Assembly (NCBI RefSeq): GCF_963921235.1
Contig: NC_086108.1
Location: 14,384,001 to 14,448,000 of the forward strand
Length of the DNA: 64,000 bases
Direction: 5' to 3'
Origin: Mobula hypostoma
Taxonomy: Eukaryota
Shown here: piece after piece, positions 11,690-25,113 of the stretch
Layout of the letters: each line of letters opens with the position of its first letter
Position numbering within the stretch: the stretch's first letter is position 1
The notes under the pieces: model-generated
What the model saw: only the letters and a program-made list of their open reading frames with translations
Told to the model about the DNA's origin: nothing
Database searches by the model: none
Made by a program: the position numbers and the translations under genes

Positions 11690-14600
11690 GTGAGTAAGAG
11701 AGTAAATGCTACTTGATTCTTCAAATGGTATTTGCAGTTGCAGTTGCAGTCAAATCAGTGGAGGAGGCCTCACGCAGGTTGGTGAGAGAGAGAGATTTGA
11801 AAAAGGAGCTTTCAGCAGCACAGTTGCAATTCATTAGCAAGGGTAAATAAAAATAAGCCAGGGACAAGCAGAGTGGCCTTAGTTGGAGTGGACCAGTGTT
11901 AACGTGAGGAGGCTTTGGCTGATTAGGCTTCAGCATGAACAGGCTTGGTCAAGTTATGTGGTTGGTTGGTTTCTTTCTCTTCTCTCTTCATTCTTCATCT
12001 GTTAATGCAAGTTAGAGCAGTGGAGATAGCTCCCAGGGCTGTGTTGTGTTCTTTGTGTGAGATGTGGGAATTCCGGGAGACCTCCAGCCTCCCGGAGAAG
12101 CACATCTGCACCAGGTGCACCAAGTTGCAGTTCCTTAGTGAACATATTAAGGAACTGGAGTTGCACTTAATAACCTTTGGTTCATACAGAAACTGGGGAG
12201 ATGATAGATAGGAGCTACGGGGAGGTAGTCACCCCCAAGTTGAAGGAGGCAGGTAAGTAGCTGACTGTCAGGAGAAGGAAAGGAAATGGGCAGTCAGTAC
12301 AGGGTACCCCTTTGGCCGTTCCCGTCAATAATAAGTATACAATTTTGGAGGTTGTTGACGGGGGGTTCGACCTATTGGGGAACCCGTAGTGACTGGGTCT
12401 CTGGCACTGAGTCTCACGGTAGGACTCAGAAGGGAAGGAGCTGAGAAGAGGACTGTAGTAGTGATAGAGGTTCCATTGTTAGAGGAGCAGACACGAGATT
12501 CTGTGGGCACCACAGAGAGACCCGTATGGTATGTTGCCTCCCAGGTGCCAGGGTCGTGGACATCTTGGATCAGGTCCACAACATTCTAAAGGGGGAGGGT
12601 GAGCAGCCAGGAGTCCTGGTTCATACTGGCACTAGTGGCGTAGGTAGGAAGAGTGAGGAGGTCCTGAAGAGAGAATTTAGGGTGACAAGTACAAAGCTGA
12701 AAAGCAGGACATCTCTGGATTGCTGCCTGTACCTCACGCCAGTGGGGATAAGAACAGGAGCACTTGGCAGACGAATGTATGGCTGAGAAACACGGCTGAG
12801 ATGATTGTGGTGCATGGGGCAGGGTTTCAGATTTCTGGATCATTGGGATCTCTTCTGGTGAAGCTATGACCTGTACATAAGGAATGGTTACACCTAAATG
12901 TAGGAGGACCAATATCCTTGTGGGCAGGTTTGCTAAAGCTGATTGGGTGAATTTAAACTAATTTGGCAGGGGATGGGAACCAGAGTGTTTACAAGCAGAG
13001 GCAATGTGAAGTGAGTCTGTCATTAAGAACAAGCAGATGATAGGGTAAAATTGCAGTCATTGGGATGATTTGCAGTGTAAAAGGGGGACAAAATCGAAAA
13101 GAGTGATGAAATTCAGGACTGATTGTGTTGTATTTTAATGCCCACAGTATATGGAAGAAGGTAGTTGAACTTGTAGCACAGTTAGAGATAGCCAGGTATG
13201 ACATTGTGACTGAGAGAAGATTATATCTGGGAGATTAACAACCAAGGATACACATTGTATTAAAAGGACAGGCAGGTGGGCAGAGGGGGTGGGATGGCTC
13301 TGTTTAAAAATTGAAATCATATTCTTAGAAAAACATGACATAGGTGTTGAATTGTTGTGGGTAGAGCAAAGAAACTGCAAGAGCATGAAGACCCTGATGG
13401 GAGTTATAAACAGGTCTCTGAACAGTAGCCAGGACATGGGTTACAAATTAAGAATACAGAAAATGTATGTTGAATGGGCAATATTATGATAATCATGGGG
13501 TTTTCAATGTGCAGGTAGATTGGGAAAGTCAGGTTGGTGCTGGATCCCAAGAGAGAAGATTTATAGAATGCCTACAAATTTTAGAGCAGCTTGTGGTTGA
13601 GCCCACTAGGGGATCAGCTATTCTGGATTGGGTGTTGTGTAATGAACCGGAATTGATTAAGGAGCTTAAGGAAAGGGAACCTTTTGGAGGCAGTGTTCAT
13701 ACTATGATAGAATGAACCCCGCAATTTGAGAAGTAGAAGCTAAAATCAGATGTGTCAAGTGGAGTAAAAGAAACTGCAGAGGCATGTGAGGGCAACTGGG
13801 CAAAGTTGATTGGAAGGGGTTACCTGAGTTTTTGGGAGCAATTTGGAAGATGTAGGATAGATATACCCCAAACATGAAGTATTCTAAATACAGGATGATG
13901 CAACCATGACTGACAAGTGAAGTCAAAGGCAAAATAAAGAAAGAGAGGGCATATATTAGAGCAAATATTAGTGGGAAGTTAGAGGATTGGAAACTATAAG
14001 TTTTTTCAAATATATGAAGAGTAAAAGAGAAGCGAGAGTAGATATTGAACTGCTGGACAATGACCCTGGAGAGGTAGTAATTGGAGCAAGAAAATGGCAG
14101 ATGAACTGATTAAATATTTTGCATCGTTGTGGAAGACAGTATACTGGAACTTTGGAAGTATCAGCGGGCCGAAGTGAGTGCTATTGTTACTACAGAGAAG
14201 GTCCTTGAGAGATTGACATGTTTGAAGATACACAAATCACCTAGACCAAATGGACTACAAACCAGGGTTCTGAAGGAGTTAGCTAAAGAGATTGTGGAGG
14301 CATTAGTAATGATCTTTCAAGAATCAACAGATTCTGGCGTGGTTCCAGAGAACTGGAAAATAGTAAATGTCACTCCACTCGTAAAGCAAGGAGGGAAGCA
14401 AAATAAAGGAAATTCACTGACCTCAGTGGCTGGGAAGATGTTGGAATCAATTGTTAAGGATGTTGTTTCGGAATACTTAGAGGCACATGACAAAATAGGA
14501 CAAAGTCAGCATGGTTTCGTTAAGGGAAGATCTTGCTTGACAAATTTGTTGGAATTCTTTGAGGAAATAACAAGGATAGGCAAAGGAGAATTGGTGGATA

Positions 14601-15860
14601 TTGTGTACTTGGATTTTCAGAAGGGCTTTGACAAGGTGCCGCACATTAGGCTGCTAAGCAAGCCATGAGCCCATGGTATTACAGGAAAGATGGTGTTCCA
14701 CAGGGGTCTGTGTTAGGACTGCTTTTTCCATTGTACGTCAATGATTTGATGATAGAATTAATGGCTTTGTTGCTAAGTTTGCAGACGATACGAAAATAGA
14801 TGGAAAATCTATTGGCAAAGAAGTGGCAGATGAAATACAGTGTCAAGTATATAGTCATGCACTTTGGTAGAAGGAATAAAAGCATAGTCTAGTTTCTAAA
14901 TGGGGAGAAAATACAAAAATCTGCGGTGCAAACGGACTTGGGAATCCTCATGCAGGATTTCCTAAAGGTTAATTTGTAGGTTGAGTTGGTGGTGAGGAAG
15001 GCAGATGCAATGTTAGCATTCATTTTGAGAGGACTAGAATATAAAACCAAGAATATAATGCTGAGGCTTTACTTGAAGTATTTGGAACAGTTTTGGGCTC
15101 CTTATTTAAGAAAGAATATGCCGACTTTGGAGAGAGTTCAGAAGAGGATCATGAAAGCAATTCTGGAAATGAAGGTGTTACCGTATGAGGAGCAATTGAT
15201 GGCTCTGGACCTGTACATAGAACATAGAACATAGAAATCCACAGCCCTTTGGCCCACAATGTTGTGCTGACCATGTAACCTACTCTAGAAGCTGACTAGA
15301 ATTCCCCTAGTGCATAGCCCTCTATTTTTCTAAGCTCCATGTACCTATCTGAGAATTTCTTAAAGGACCCTATTGTATCCGCCTCCACCACTGTCGCCGG
15401 CAGTACATTCCACACACCCACCACTCTCCATGTGAAAAACTTATCCCTGATATCCCCTCTGTACCTGCTTCCAAGCACCTTAAAACTAGCTGGAATTTAG
15501 AAGAATGAGGGTGATCTCATTGAAACCTATTGAATGTTCAAAGGCCTAGATAGAGTAGATGTGGAGAGAATGTTTTCTAGAGTGGGGAGTCTTGGACCAG
15601 AGGGCACAGCCTCAGTATAGAGGGACATCTATTTAGCCAGAGGGTGCTGAATCTGTTCAATTCATTGGCACTGGTGGCTGTGGAGGCCAGGTCATTGTGT
15701 GTATTTAATGCATAGGTTCTGGATTAATCAGGGCATGAAAGGTTACGGACAGAAGGCAGGAGAATGGGTTTTTTTGAGGGAAGTAGATCAGCTGTGATGG
15801 AGTGGTGAAGCAGGCATGATGGATCAAATTCTGCTCCTATGTCTTATGGTCTTATAGCAT
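11690..15860 (+). mobile_element. Near full-length degraded CR1 LINE (ORF1 zinc finger and SGNH esterase-like domain; ORF2 APE-RT); inverted CR1 3' insertion at ~15215-15485
   Basis: ORF1 remnants VLCSLCEMWE...HICTRC and VCCLPGARVVDI...VHTGT; RT remnants QHGFVKGRSCLTNLLEFFEE, VYLDFQKGFDKVPH (ORF 14129-14668). Confidence 0.85.
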
Positions 15861-16110
15861 TGACTATTTCTGCATGTGTATCTTTTATTGTTCTGTGTAT
15901 AACACTGTTCTGCATTGCACACCATGTCCAATGGATTGGCACTCTTTTCTGAGTTCAAGTCCTGGAGTCAGGGCCTTGTGGCACAGCACTGTTGGTGAAA
16001 AGCTATGGCGTTATCAAGACAATACTGAGGGAATGTGCCCCAGAGGCACCATTGTTCAGAGGAATTGTTACCTTACTCTTAAATGGAAATAAACAACAAA
16101 TCCATGCTAG

Positions 16111-16141
16111 AAGATGAAGAAGAAGAAGAAGAAGAGGAAGG
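16111..16141. repeat. Imperfect (GAA)n microsatellite
   Basis: aagatgaagaagaagaagaagaagaggaag read directly. Confidence 0.85.
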
Positions 16142-17454
16142 ATTTAATAGAATGTCTTTGCTGCATGAGAGATTTCAGCTGTAAACCCGATCTGGTAGAC
16201 CTCTATACAACATAAATCAAGGGGACAATTTGATAGAAGTGTGGAAGTGGAAGATCATTGCAGGTGGAGAAAGGGCAAGTAGGTGGGAGCTGTTCCCATT
16301 AGCAGATGTTTCAGGGTCTAGGGGCCATGATGAGTGGCAGAATGTGGGGTAGGGGAGGGTGAAACTTGGCATTCACTGATGGCTGACTGTGGAAGTATTT
16401 ATTGCTTTATTATTATCTTATTGACCAATGTATAGTGAAACACTTTGGTTTGCTTGCCATCCATACAGATTGTTTCATAACATCTGTATGTTGAGATGGT
16501 ACAAGGGAAAAGTAATAACAAAATCCAGAGTAAAGTGTTGCAGTTATAGAGAAGGTACAGTGCAAGGCAGTCAATAAGGTACAATGTCATAGCAAAGAAG
16601 GTTCTGAGGTCAAGAGTCCATCTTATCATACAAGGGGACATTTCAGTAGTTATATAACAATGGGATAAAAGCTGTTCTTGAGCTTGATAGTACATGGTGT
16701 AAGGCTTTTGTGTCTTCTGCTCAATGAGAGGGAAGAGAAGAGAGAATGACCTGTGTGGAAGGGTTCCTTTATTATATTGGCTTCTTTACCGAGTCAGTGA
16801 GTAGTGTAGATAGAATCTATGGAAAGGAGACTGCCTTCTGTAATGTGCTGAGCTGTGACCACAACTCTCTGCAGTTATTTGCAGTCTTGGGAACAGCAGT
16901 TGCCACACAAAACTGTGATGCGTCGAGATAGGATGCTCTTTATGATGCATCTATAAAAGCTGGTGAGGGTCGATGGGCACATGCTGAATTTCCTTAGGCT
17001 TCTGAGGAAGTAGAGGTGCTCATGTGCCTTTTTAGCCATAGTGTGGAGCTAATTAGATCAGGACAAGCTTTCGGTGATGATTGCACCTAGGGACGTAAAG
17101 CTCACAGATATCTGCTTCTCAGTGCTATTGATACAAACAGGGGTGTGTGTTTTGTGATGCTTTCTGAAGTTAATGACCAGCTCTTTAGTTTTCCTGACTT
17201 TGAGGGAACAGTTGTTGTCATGACATCATTACTTGGGGCTTTCACCGGGGAATTGGGTGGTCACTTGTCAAAGAGTGATTTCTTGAGCTGTAAGGAAAGA
17301 GTTCGGGAAGAGGACCAGCGGGGATGGAAGATAAGAAGTTGGTACAATGTGATGCACTGAATAGACTCTTGTATCATCACAACTATGATTCTGAGTGGGG
17401 TGATTATCTTGTGTCTGGGGTATCCCTCAATGAGCATCACCAAAGCAGATTGGA

Positions 17455-17720
17455 AACATGAGAGACCACAAACAAACAAATTGCTGGAGGAATTCAGAGG
17501 GTCAAACAGCATCTATGGGGTCAAAGGAATTATAAACGTTTCGGATTGAAACTCAGCATCAGGAACGAGAGTGAGAGGGAGAAGGCTGGTATGAAGAGGA
17601 GAGGGGTGTGGTCAGGCAGGAGTCTGAGGTATTGGGTGGACTGAGGAGGTATGTAAGATGACAGGTAATGTTCGGTAGGGTGGAGTTGGGAGAAGGTGGC
17701 AGGTGAATGATACACGGAGG
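17455..17720 (-). mobile_element. Old Penelope-like 3'-end fragment with a degenerate hammerhead
   Basis: Shares tgctggaggaattcag...cagcatctatgg with the other Penelope ends; minus strand reads CTGATGctgagtttcaatccGAAACGT. Confidence 0.55.
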
Positions 17721-17924
17721 CAGACAAAGCAAAGGCATAAAAACACGACAGCACGGTTGTTACTTCATTTTTGCTTGTGTAAAACGCCTGTCATATTATC
17801 CACTATACTGTTATGACCACCTGTGTAATGGTACAGTACTACTTCTGTTAGTGTTTCATGATGTGTTATCGTGGAAAGTTTATTTCAGTCCTGTTTAATG
17901 TGTTTTTCTGATTAACGTTTACAG

Positions 17925-18115
17925 CAGCGGAAGAACTGGACTTTCAATTTCCTTGTGGCACTCAGGAGCCAGCCCGTCTCTGCCCAAATGGCACTTTGTG
18001 TTCATACTGGATCGGACCCAATGATGGCATCACTCAGTTCGATAACATCCTGTTTGCACTACTGACTGTCTTCCAGTGCATTACCATGGAGGGATGGACC
18101 ACCATCCTCTACAAT
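17925..18115 (+). CDS. CACNA1E: Cav2-family alpha-1 subunit, next coding exon (domain I extracellular loop and pore loop with the first Glu of the EEEE filter); equivalent to exon 6
   Basis: Acceptor ...ctgattaacgtttacag|CAG; donor AAT|gtaagt at 18115/18116; 191 nt, phase 1-0, in frame with the upstream exon. Encodes (A)[63 protein letters not shown]. Filter Glu codon GAG at 18089-18091. [11 protein letters not shown] and EGWTT are Cav2.3-type. Not in the ORF track. Confidence 0.93.
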
Positions 18116-18201
18116 GTAAGTGGGATAAAGTGGAAGTGTTTTGTTGGATAAGGGTAATTGGCCGAGCAGGCCCACGTCTGAGCAATGTCAGAAGTTGTTA
18201 T

Positions 18202-18445
18202 CAAACCACAAACAAGAGAAAATCTGCTGATGCTGGAAATCCGATCAACACACACAAAATGCTGGAGGAATTCAGCAGGCCAGGCAGCATCTATGGGGGA
18301 GAAAAAGTACAGTTGATGTTTCAGGCTGAAACCCTTTGGCAGGATTGAAGGGTTGCCAGAGGGTTTCGGCCTGAAACGTCAACTGTACTTTTTTCCATAG
18401 ATGCTGCCTGGCTTGCTGAGTTCCTCCAGCATTTTGTTTGTGTTG
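18202..18445. mobile_element. Penelope-derived fold-back insertion with degenerate hammerhead cores
   Basis: 15-bp TSD gtcagaagttgttat (18187-18201, 18446-18460); arms ~18246-18341 and ~18354-18445 are imperfect reverse complements; contains cggcctGAAACGTCaac. Confidence 0.85.
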
Positions 18446-18679
18446 GTCAGAAGTTGTTATGTTGTTCCATTGTCATCAATCCATTCTCTTTATCTCTGTA
18501 TATTCCTACACTTTACTCTTATTCATCTGCCTCATAACTTCCTTTTGCCACTTGCTTATATCATGTGGTAATTTAGGCCAGTCACATATCCTGATGATGT
18601 CAGAGGAGATGGACCATCTGTGAGAAACCCACATTTTCAGGCATAATGTGTGGTGTTTTTTCAGATGGTCCATTGAGTG

Positions 18680-19820
18680 GACTGGCTTCGGCTCAACAGG
18701 CCTAGAAAAGCACAGGTGGAGGTTCTAAGTAAGTTTCTAGTAAGTTTTTTTTTTCTCTTTCTTTGTTTGTTAGTCTATGGGTAGTGCACCAAGAATGAGT
18801 CCAGAGTTATCCTTTGAGTGAGATGTAGGAACTCTGAAAGACTTCCAGTCTCCCTGGTAACTGTGAATATCTGCGTGAAGTGCATTGGACTGCAGCTACT
18901 TAAAGACAATGTTAAGGAACTGGAGCTGCAACTCGATGACCCTTGGGTAATACAGGAGAATGAGGAGGTGAGACTTAGAAGCTATAGCGAAGTCGTTGTC
19001 AGGAGAGGGAAAGGGCAACCATATTGGTACCACGACTTAAGTGGAAAAGGGAGGCGGTCCAGAAGAGAGAAAAAAGGGAGTTAGTTATAAAGCTGAAAAG
19101 CTTGACCTCCAGGATAGTAATCTCCATATTGCTGCCTGTACCACGCACCAGCTGGGGAGGCAGAATAGGATGATTTGGCAGATGAATGTGTGGCAGAGTA
19201 ATTGGTGCAGGGGGCAGAGTTTCAAATTTCTGGATCATTGAGATTTCTTCTGGGGAAAGTATGACCTGTACAAAAAGGACAGGTTACATCTGAACCCGAG
19301 AGGTACCTATATCCTTGCAAGCAGGTTTTGTAGAGCTGTTGTGGAGGGGAATAGGAACCGGAAGTAATAGAGCTGTTGGATGGGGCAGGTGGTATACAAG
19401 TAGATGATGTGTGCTGTGAGACTGTGAGGAAGGACAGGCAGATAACAGGGCAAAATTGCAATCAGTGGGATGAGCTGAAGTGTAACTTGGAGGCAAAATT
19501 GAAAGGGATGATAAATGCAGGACTGGGGCTGTTATGTTTGAATGCCCGCAGTGTACAGAATAGGGTAGGTGATCTTATAGTGCGATAAGACATCGGAAGG
19601 TATGATGTTGTGGGCATCACTGAGTTATGGCTGAACAGAGATAATTCTAGGGAGCTTAACATCCAAAGGATATTGTATCAAAAGGACAGGCAAGGAGGCA
19701 GAATGGATGGGAAGGCTCTGTTGGTTAAAAATGAAATCAAATCCTTATGAAGAGATGACATTTGATCGGAGGATGTAGAAACCTTATAGGTAGAGTTAAG
19801 ATACTCCAAGGGTAAAATAA
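18680..19820 (+). mobile_element. Degraded CR1 5' part (ORF1 remnant and APE start)
   Basis: ICVKCIGLQLLKDNVKELELQLDD (ORF1), FKFLDH, LCLNARSVQNRV (APE). Confidence 0.7.
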
Positions 19821-21295
19821 TTTGGTTAGATTCATGGGTGGGAGGGGTATGAAGGGCTATGGCTGGGGGCTAGTCAATGGAACTAGACATGTTAATGGTT
19901 TGACATTGACTAGATGGGCCGAAGGGCCTGCATCTGTTCTGTAGTGTTCTATGGCTGACTCTTCGAGGCTAGTTCTTTAATACGGGGAATGTTGGACGAT
20001 GAAGGATGACCTTATGGAAATATATGAAGTTATGAAAGACAGAAATAAGGTGGATGGTGACATTCTTTTCCCAGGATAAGGTAGACCAAAGTTAAAGGTA
20101 TAGGTTTAGACTGAGAGGGAAAGGTTTAAGAGGGACCCAAGAGGTAGTTTTTCATGCAGAGTCTGGAGAGCATATGGAATAGGCTGCCAGGAGAAGTGTT
20201 TGGGGCAGGTAAAATAATAGCGTTTAAGGAGCACTAGGACGGATACATGAAGGGATGAGCTTAGAGGGGAATGGCCCAAATGTAGGACACTGGGACTTGC
20301 TAGGCAGAGATTCTGATTGCGTGGTTTTTCTGAAGGATCTGTTTTGGTGCTATTTTGTTGTATGGCTCTATGACTGAAGGGGGTTAAAATGGGAAATAGA
20401 GGTTAATGGCAAGGGAAACAAGAATGAGATCGGGGAGTGGTGAAGGTCAAGATATAGGAGCAGAATTAGGCCATTCAGCCCATTGAGTCTGCTCCACTAT
20501 TCTATCACTCCTGATTTATTATCCTTTTTAACCCCTTTCTCCTGTCTTCCATGTAATCTTTGATGCCCTGGCTAACCAAGAACCTATCAAACTCTGCTTG
20601 GTTTGGCCTCCACAGCCAGCTCTGGCAATTAGTTCCACAGATTCTCTACCCTCTGACTAAAGAAATTCCTTCTGACCTCTGTTTCAGATGTTCTCTATTC
20701 TGAGGCTGTGTCCTCTGTTCCTAGGCTTGCCCACTATAGGAAACATCCTCTCCACATCCACTCTGTCTAGGCCTTTCACCATTTTATAGGTTTCAATCAG
20801 ATGCTCCCTCATTCTTCTCAACTCTAGCAAGTTCATGCCCAGAACCATCAAATGTTCCCCAGAATCATACTCATGAACATCCTCTGGACCCTCCCCAATG
20901 CCAACTCGTTCTTTCTTAGATAAAGAAATGTACAGCCTTCTTAAGTGGGAGGGTGATCAGCCAGAGGTTGCTGTCCATGTCGGTACCAATGACATGGGTA
21001 GGATGGGTGATGAGGTCCTGCAAAGTGAGTTCAGAGAGTTAGGTGCCAAGTTGAAGGACAAGACCTCCAGGGTGCTAATCTCAGGATTGCTACCCATGCC
21101 ACAAATGGGAAGATCATACAGTTTAACTTGTGGCTAAGCAGATAATGTAGGAGGGTGGGCTTTGGAGTTTTGGATCATTGGGCTCTGTTCCAGGGAAGGT
21201 GGGACTTGTATTGATAGGACAGTGGGGAGGTTTTTGAGTGCTGCGGGGGTGGGGGGGGGAGGAGAGTCGTTTCAAATAGAGTTGCAAAGGCGATG

Positions 21296-23395
21296 AGTAT
21301 AGGCAGAGACTGAAGACTGCACCACCAGAGGTGAGGACCAAGAAGGTATGGACAAGAGAAGCACAGGAGTGCTTACAGGACTGCTTTGAGTTAGGGGTCT
21401 GAAGCGTATTCAGAGATCCATCTTTGAATCTAGATGAGTATGCTGCAGTTGTTACCGACTTCATTAAAACCTCTGTGGATGAGTGTGTGCTGTCAAAGCT
21501 TTGCTGTACATTCCAAAACCAAAAGCCATGCTTGAACCATTGTCTGCTGAAGGCTAGATCTGTGGCATTCAAGGCTGGAGACTCAGGTCTGTTCTAGGAA
21601 AACAGGTATGATTTGTAAAGGACTTTTTTAAGGGCGAAGAGACAATTTCGAATGAGGTTGGAGGCAACATCGGATGTACAACAACTCTGGCAGGGTTTGC
21701 AAGACATTACTTTCTACAAAGCGAAACCCAATAGCGATGCTTCACTACCAGATGAACTCAATGCCTTCTATGCCCACTTTGAAAGGGAGAATATAACTAC
21801 AGCTGTGAAGATCCTTGCTGCACCCAGTGATCCTATGATCTTTGTCTCAGAGACTGATGTTAAGCTGTCTTTAAAGAAGGTGAACCCTTGCAAGGCGGAA
21901 GGCCATGGCGAAGTACCTGGTAAGGCTCTGAAAACTTGTGCCAACCAATCAGCGAGAGTATTCAAGGACATTTTCAACCTCTCACTGCTGTGGGTGGAAG
22001 TTCCCTCTTTCTTCAAAAAGGCAACAATTATACCAGTGCCTAAGAAGAATAATGTGAGCTGCCTTAATGACTATCGCCCAGTAGCACTCACATCGACAGT
22101 GATGGAATGCTTTGAGAGGTTGGTCATGACTAGACTGAACTCCTGCCTCAGCAAGGACCTGGACCCACTGCAGTTAGCCTATCGCCACAATAGGTCAATG
22201 GCAGATGCAATCTCAATGGCTGTTCACAGGGCCTTAGACCACCTGGACAATGCAAACACCTATGTCAGAATGCTGTTTGTTGACTATAGCTCAGCATTTA
22301 ACACCATCATTCCCACAATCCTGATTGAGAAGTTACAGAATCAGGTTATCGGTACCTCCCTCTGCAATTGGATCCTCTACTTCCTAACCAAAAGACCACA
22401 ATCTGTGAGGATTGGAGATAATATCTCCTCCTCGCTGACAATCAACACTGGTGCATCTCAGGGGTATGTGCTTAGCCCACTGCTCTAATCTGTGTATACA
22501 CATGACTGTGTGGCTAGAGATAGCTCAAATACCATCTATAAATTTGCTGATACAACCGTTGTTGGTAGAAACTCAGGTGGTGACAAGAACGCGTACAGGA
22601 GTGAGATATGCCAACTAGTGGAGTGGGATTGCAGCAACAAGCTGGCATTCAATGTCAATAAGACGAAAGAGCTGATTGTGGACTTCAGGAAGGGTAAGAT
22701 GAAGGAACACATACCAATCGTCATAGAGGGATCAGAAGTGGAGAGAGTGAGCAGTTTCAAGTTCCTGAGGACCTAACCTGGTTCCAACATATCAATGCAG
22801 TTATAAAGAAGGCAAGACAGTGACTATACTTCATTAGGAGTTTGAAGAGATTTGGTATGTCAACAAAAACATTCAAAAACTTCTATAGATGTACCATGGA
22901 GAGCATTCTGACAGGCTGCATCACTGTCTGGTATGGAGGGGCTACTGCACAGGACCGAAAGAAGCTGCAGAGGGTGGTAAATTTAGTTGGCTCCATCTTG
23001 GGTACTAGCCTACAAAGTACCCAGGACATCTTCAAGGAGTGGTGTCTCAGAAAGGCAACATCCATTATTAAGGACCTCTAACACCCAGGGCATGCCCTTT
23101 TCTCACTGTTACCGTCAGGTAGGAGGTACAGAAGCCTGAAGGCATACATTCAGTGATTCAGGAACAGCTTCTTCCCCTTTGCCATCTGATTCCTAAATGT
23201 ACATTGAATCCGTGAACACCAGCTCACTTTATAAATATTTACTATTTCTGTTTTTGCACAATTTTTAATCTATTCAATGTACATATATGGTAATTGATTT
23301 CATTATTGTTTTCTTCTATATGTATTGCAGTGAACTACTGCTGCTAAGTTAACAAATTTCATGACACATGCCAGTGATAATAAACCTGATTCTGA
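21296..23395 (+). mobile_element. Rex1/Babar-like non-LTR retrotransposon, 5'-truncated, degraded RT
   Basis: ORF 21652-22488 [20 protein letters not shown]...LFVDYSSAFNTI...GASQGYVLSPLL; YKFADTTVVG; 3' end aataaacctgattctga; inserted into a CR1. Confidence 0.85.
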
Positions 23396-25026
23396 ACTAG
23401 AGTGCAAAGACAGATAGCAGAGCAATTCTGGAGAAAAATGTTGTTAAGCCTATATACAAGGTCAGGAATTAAAAGACTGAACATGTGGGATGAATGTTCT
23501 GAGCTGTGTACATTTGACAGGACTTTAAAAGTGAAAATTTGAGAATTCTGTGTTTGTATGTTTCTGTCAGAATAAAAGGGAGCCTTGGTATTTGAAAGAT
23601 ATTGAGGCCTTGGTTAAGAAAAATGAGGTGCAAAAGCAGGAAAATTGTTTTTCTTCAGGAGTATAAGAAATACAAGAGAGGACTTAAGGAAATCAAGAGG
23701 GCTGAAGGAAGGCATGAGGTTGCTCTAGCAGATAAGCTGAAGGAAATTCTGAGGACTACTACAAATATATTAAGAGCAAAAGGACAGCAAGGGACAAAAT
23801 AGGACATAGAGTCATGGAGTACAGCACACAGACAGGCTCTTCAGTCCATCTCGTCCATGCCAAAACCATTTAATATGCCTACTCCCATAAACCTGCATTG
23901 GGACCTTAGCCCTCCACATCCCTGCCATCCTTGTACCTATCCAAACTTCTCTTAAACATTGAAATCAAGCTCAAATGCACCCCTTGTACTGGCAGCTCAT
24001 TCCACGCTCTCATGACCCTCTGAATGACGAAGTTTCCTCTCATGTTCCCCTTAAACTTCTCATCCAACCTCAGTGGAAAAAAAGCCTGCTTACATTTAGC
24101 CAAAATATACCCCTCATAATTTTACATAGCTCTTTCAAATTTCCTTTTAATCCTCTACATTCTAAGGAAACAGTCCTAACCTATTCAATCTTTCCTTACA
24201 ACTCAGGCCCTCCAGACTCGGCAACATCCTTGTAAATTTTCTCTGCACTCTTTTCAACCTTGTTTGCATCTTTCTTGTAGGTAGGTTACCAAAACTGTAC
24301 ACAATACTCCAAATTAGGCCTCACCAACATCTTATACGATTTCAACATAAGATCCCATCTCCTGTACTCAGTACTTTGACTTACGAAGGCCAATTTGCCA
24401 AAAGCTTTCTATATAACGAAATTTACCTGCGACACCACTTTCGATGAATTATGTACCTGTATTTCCAGGTCCCTTTGTTCTACCAAACTCTTCAGTGCCC
24501 TACTGTTCACAGTGTAAGACCTACCCTGGTTGGTCCCACCAAAGTGCAAAACCTCACACTTGTCTGCATCAAATTCCATTTGCCTCTTTTTTTGCCCAGT
24601 TTCCAGCTGATGCAGATTCCACTGCAAACCATGATAGCCTTCCTCACTGTCCACTACACTGCCAATCTTGGTATATCAGCAAACTTGCTGATCCAGTTGA
24701 CCAGATTATCATCCAGATCAAGAATTATATAGATGACAAACAACAAAGGACCCAGCACTGATCGCTGCGGTACACCACTAGTCACAAGCCTCCAGTTGGA
24801 GAGGCAACTATCTACTACTACTATCTCTGGTTTCTCCCAGAAAACCATTGACTAATACAATTTACTACCTCATTTTGAATGCTGAGTGACTGAACCTTTT
24901 TTACCAATGTCTCACACAGGACTTTGTCAATGCCTCACTAAAATCCACATAGACAATATCCAGTGCCTTGCCTTTAAAGTTGCTGGTGAACGCAGCAGGC
25001 CAAGCAGCATCTCTAGGAAGAGGTGC

Positions 25027-25062
25027 AGTCGACGTTTCAGGTCGAGACCCTTCGTCAGGACT
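25027..25062 (-). ncRNA. Minimal type I hammerhead ribozyme motif (antisense copy)
   Basis: Minus strand: agtc-CTGACGA-agggtctcgacct-GAAA-C-GTC-gact; all core nucleotides present. Confidence 0.8.
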
Positions 25063-25077
25063 AACGAAGTTAACGTT

Positions 25078-25113
25078 AGTCCTGACGAAGGGTCTCGGCC
25101 TGAAACGTCGACT
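25078..25113 (+). ncRNA. Minimal type I hammerhead ribozyme motif
   Basis: agtc (stem I) CTGACGA (25082-25088) agggtctcggcct (stem II) GAAA (25102-25105) C GTC (cleavage triplet 25107-25109) gact (stem I'). Stem III is only the palindrome ACGT. Confidence 0.85.

Noticed and set aside
18076..18348. [13 protein letters not shown]... overlapping the second exon
   Set aside because: Out-of-frame reading of the exon end running into intron and the Penelope hairpin.
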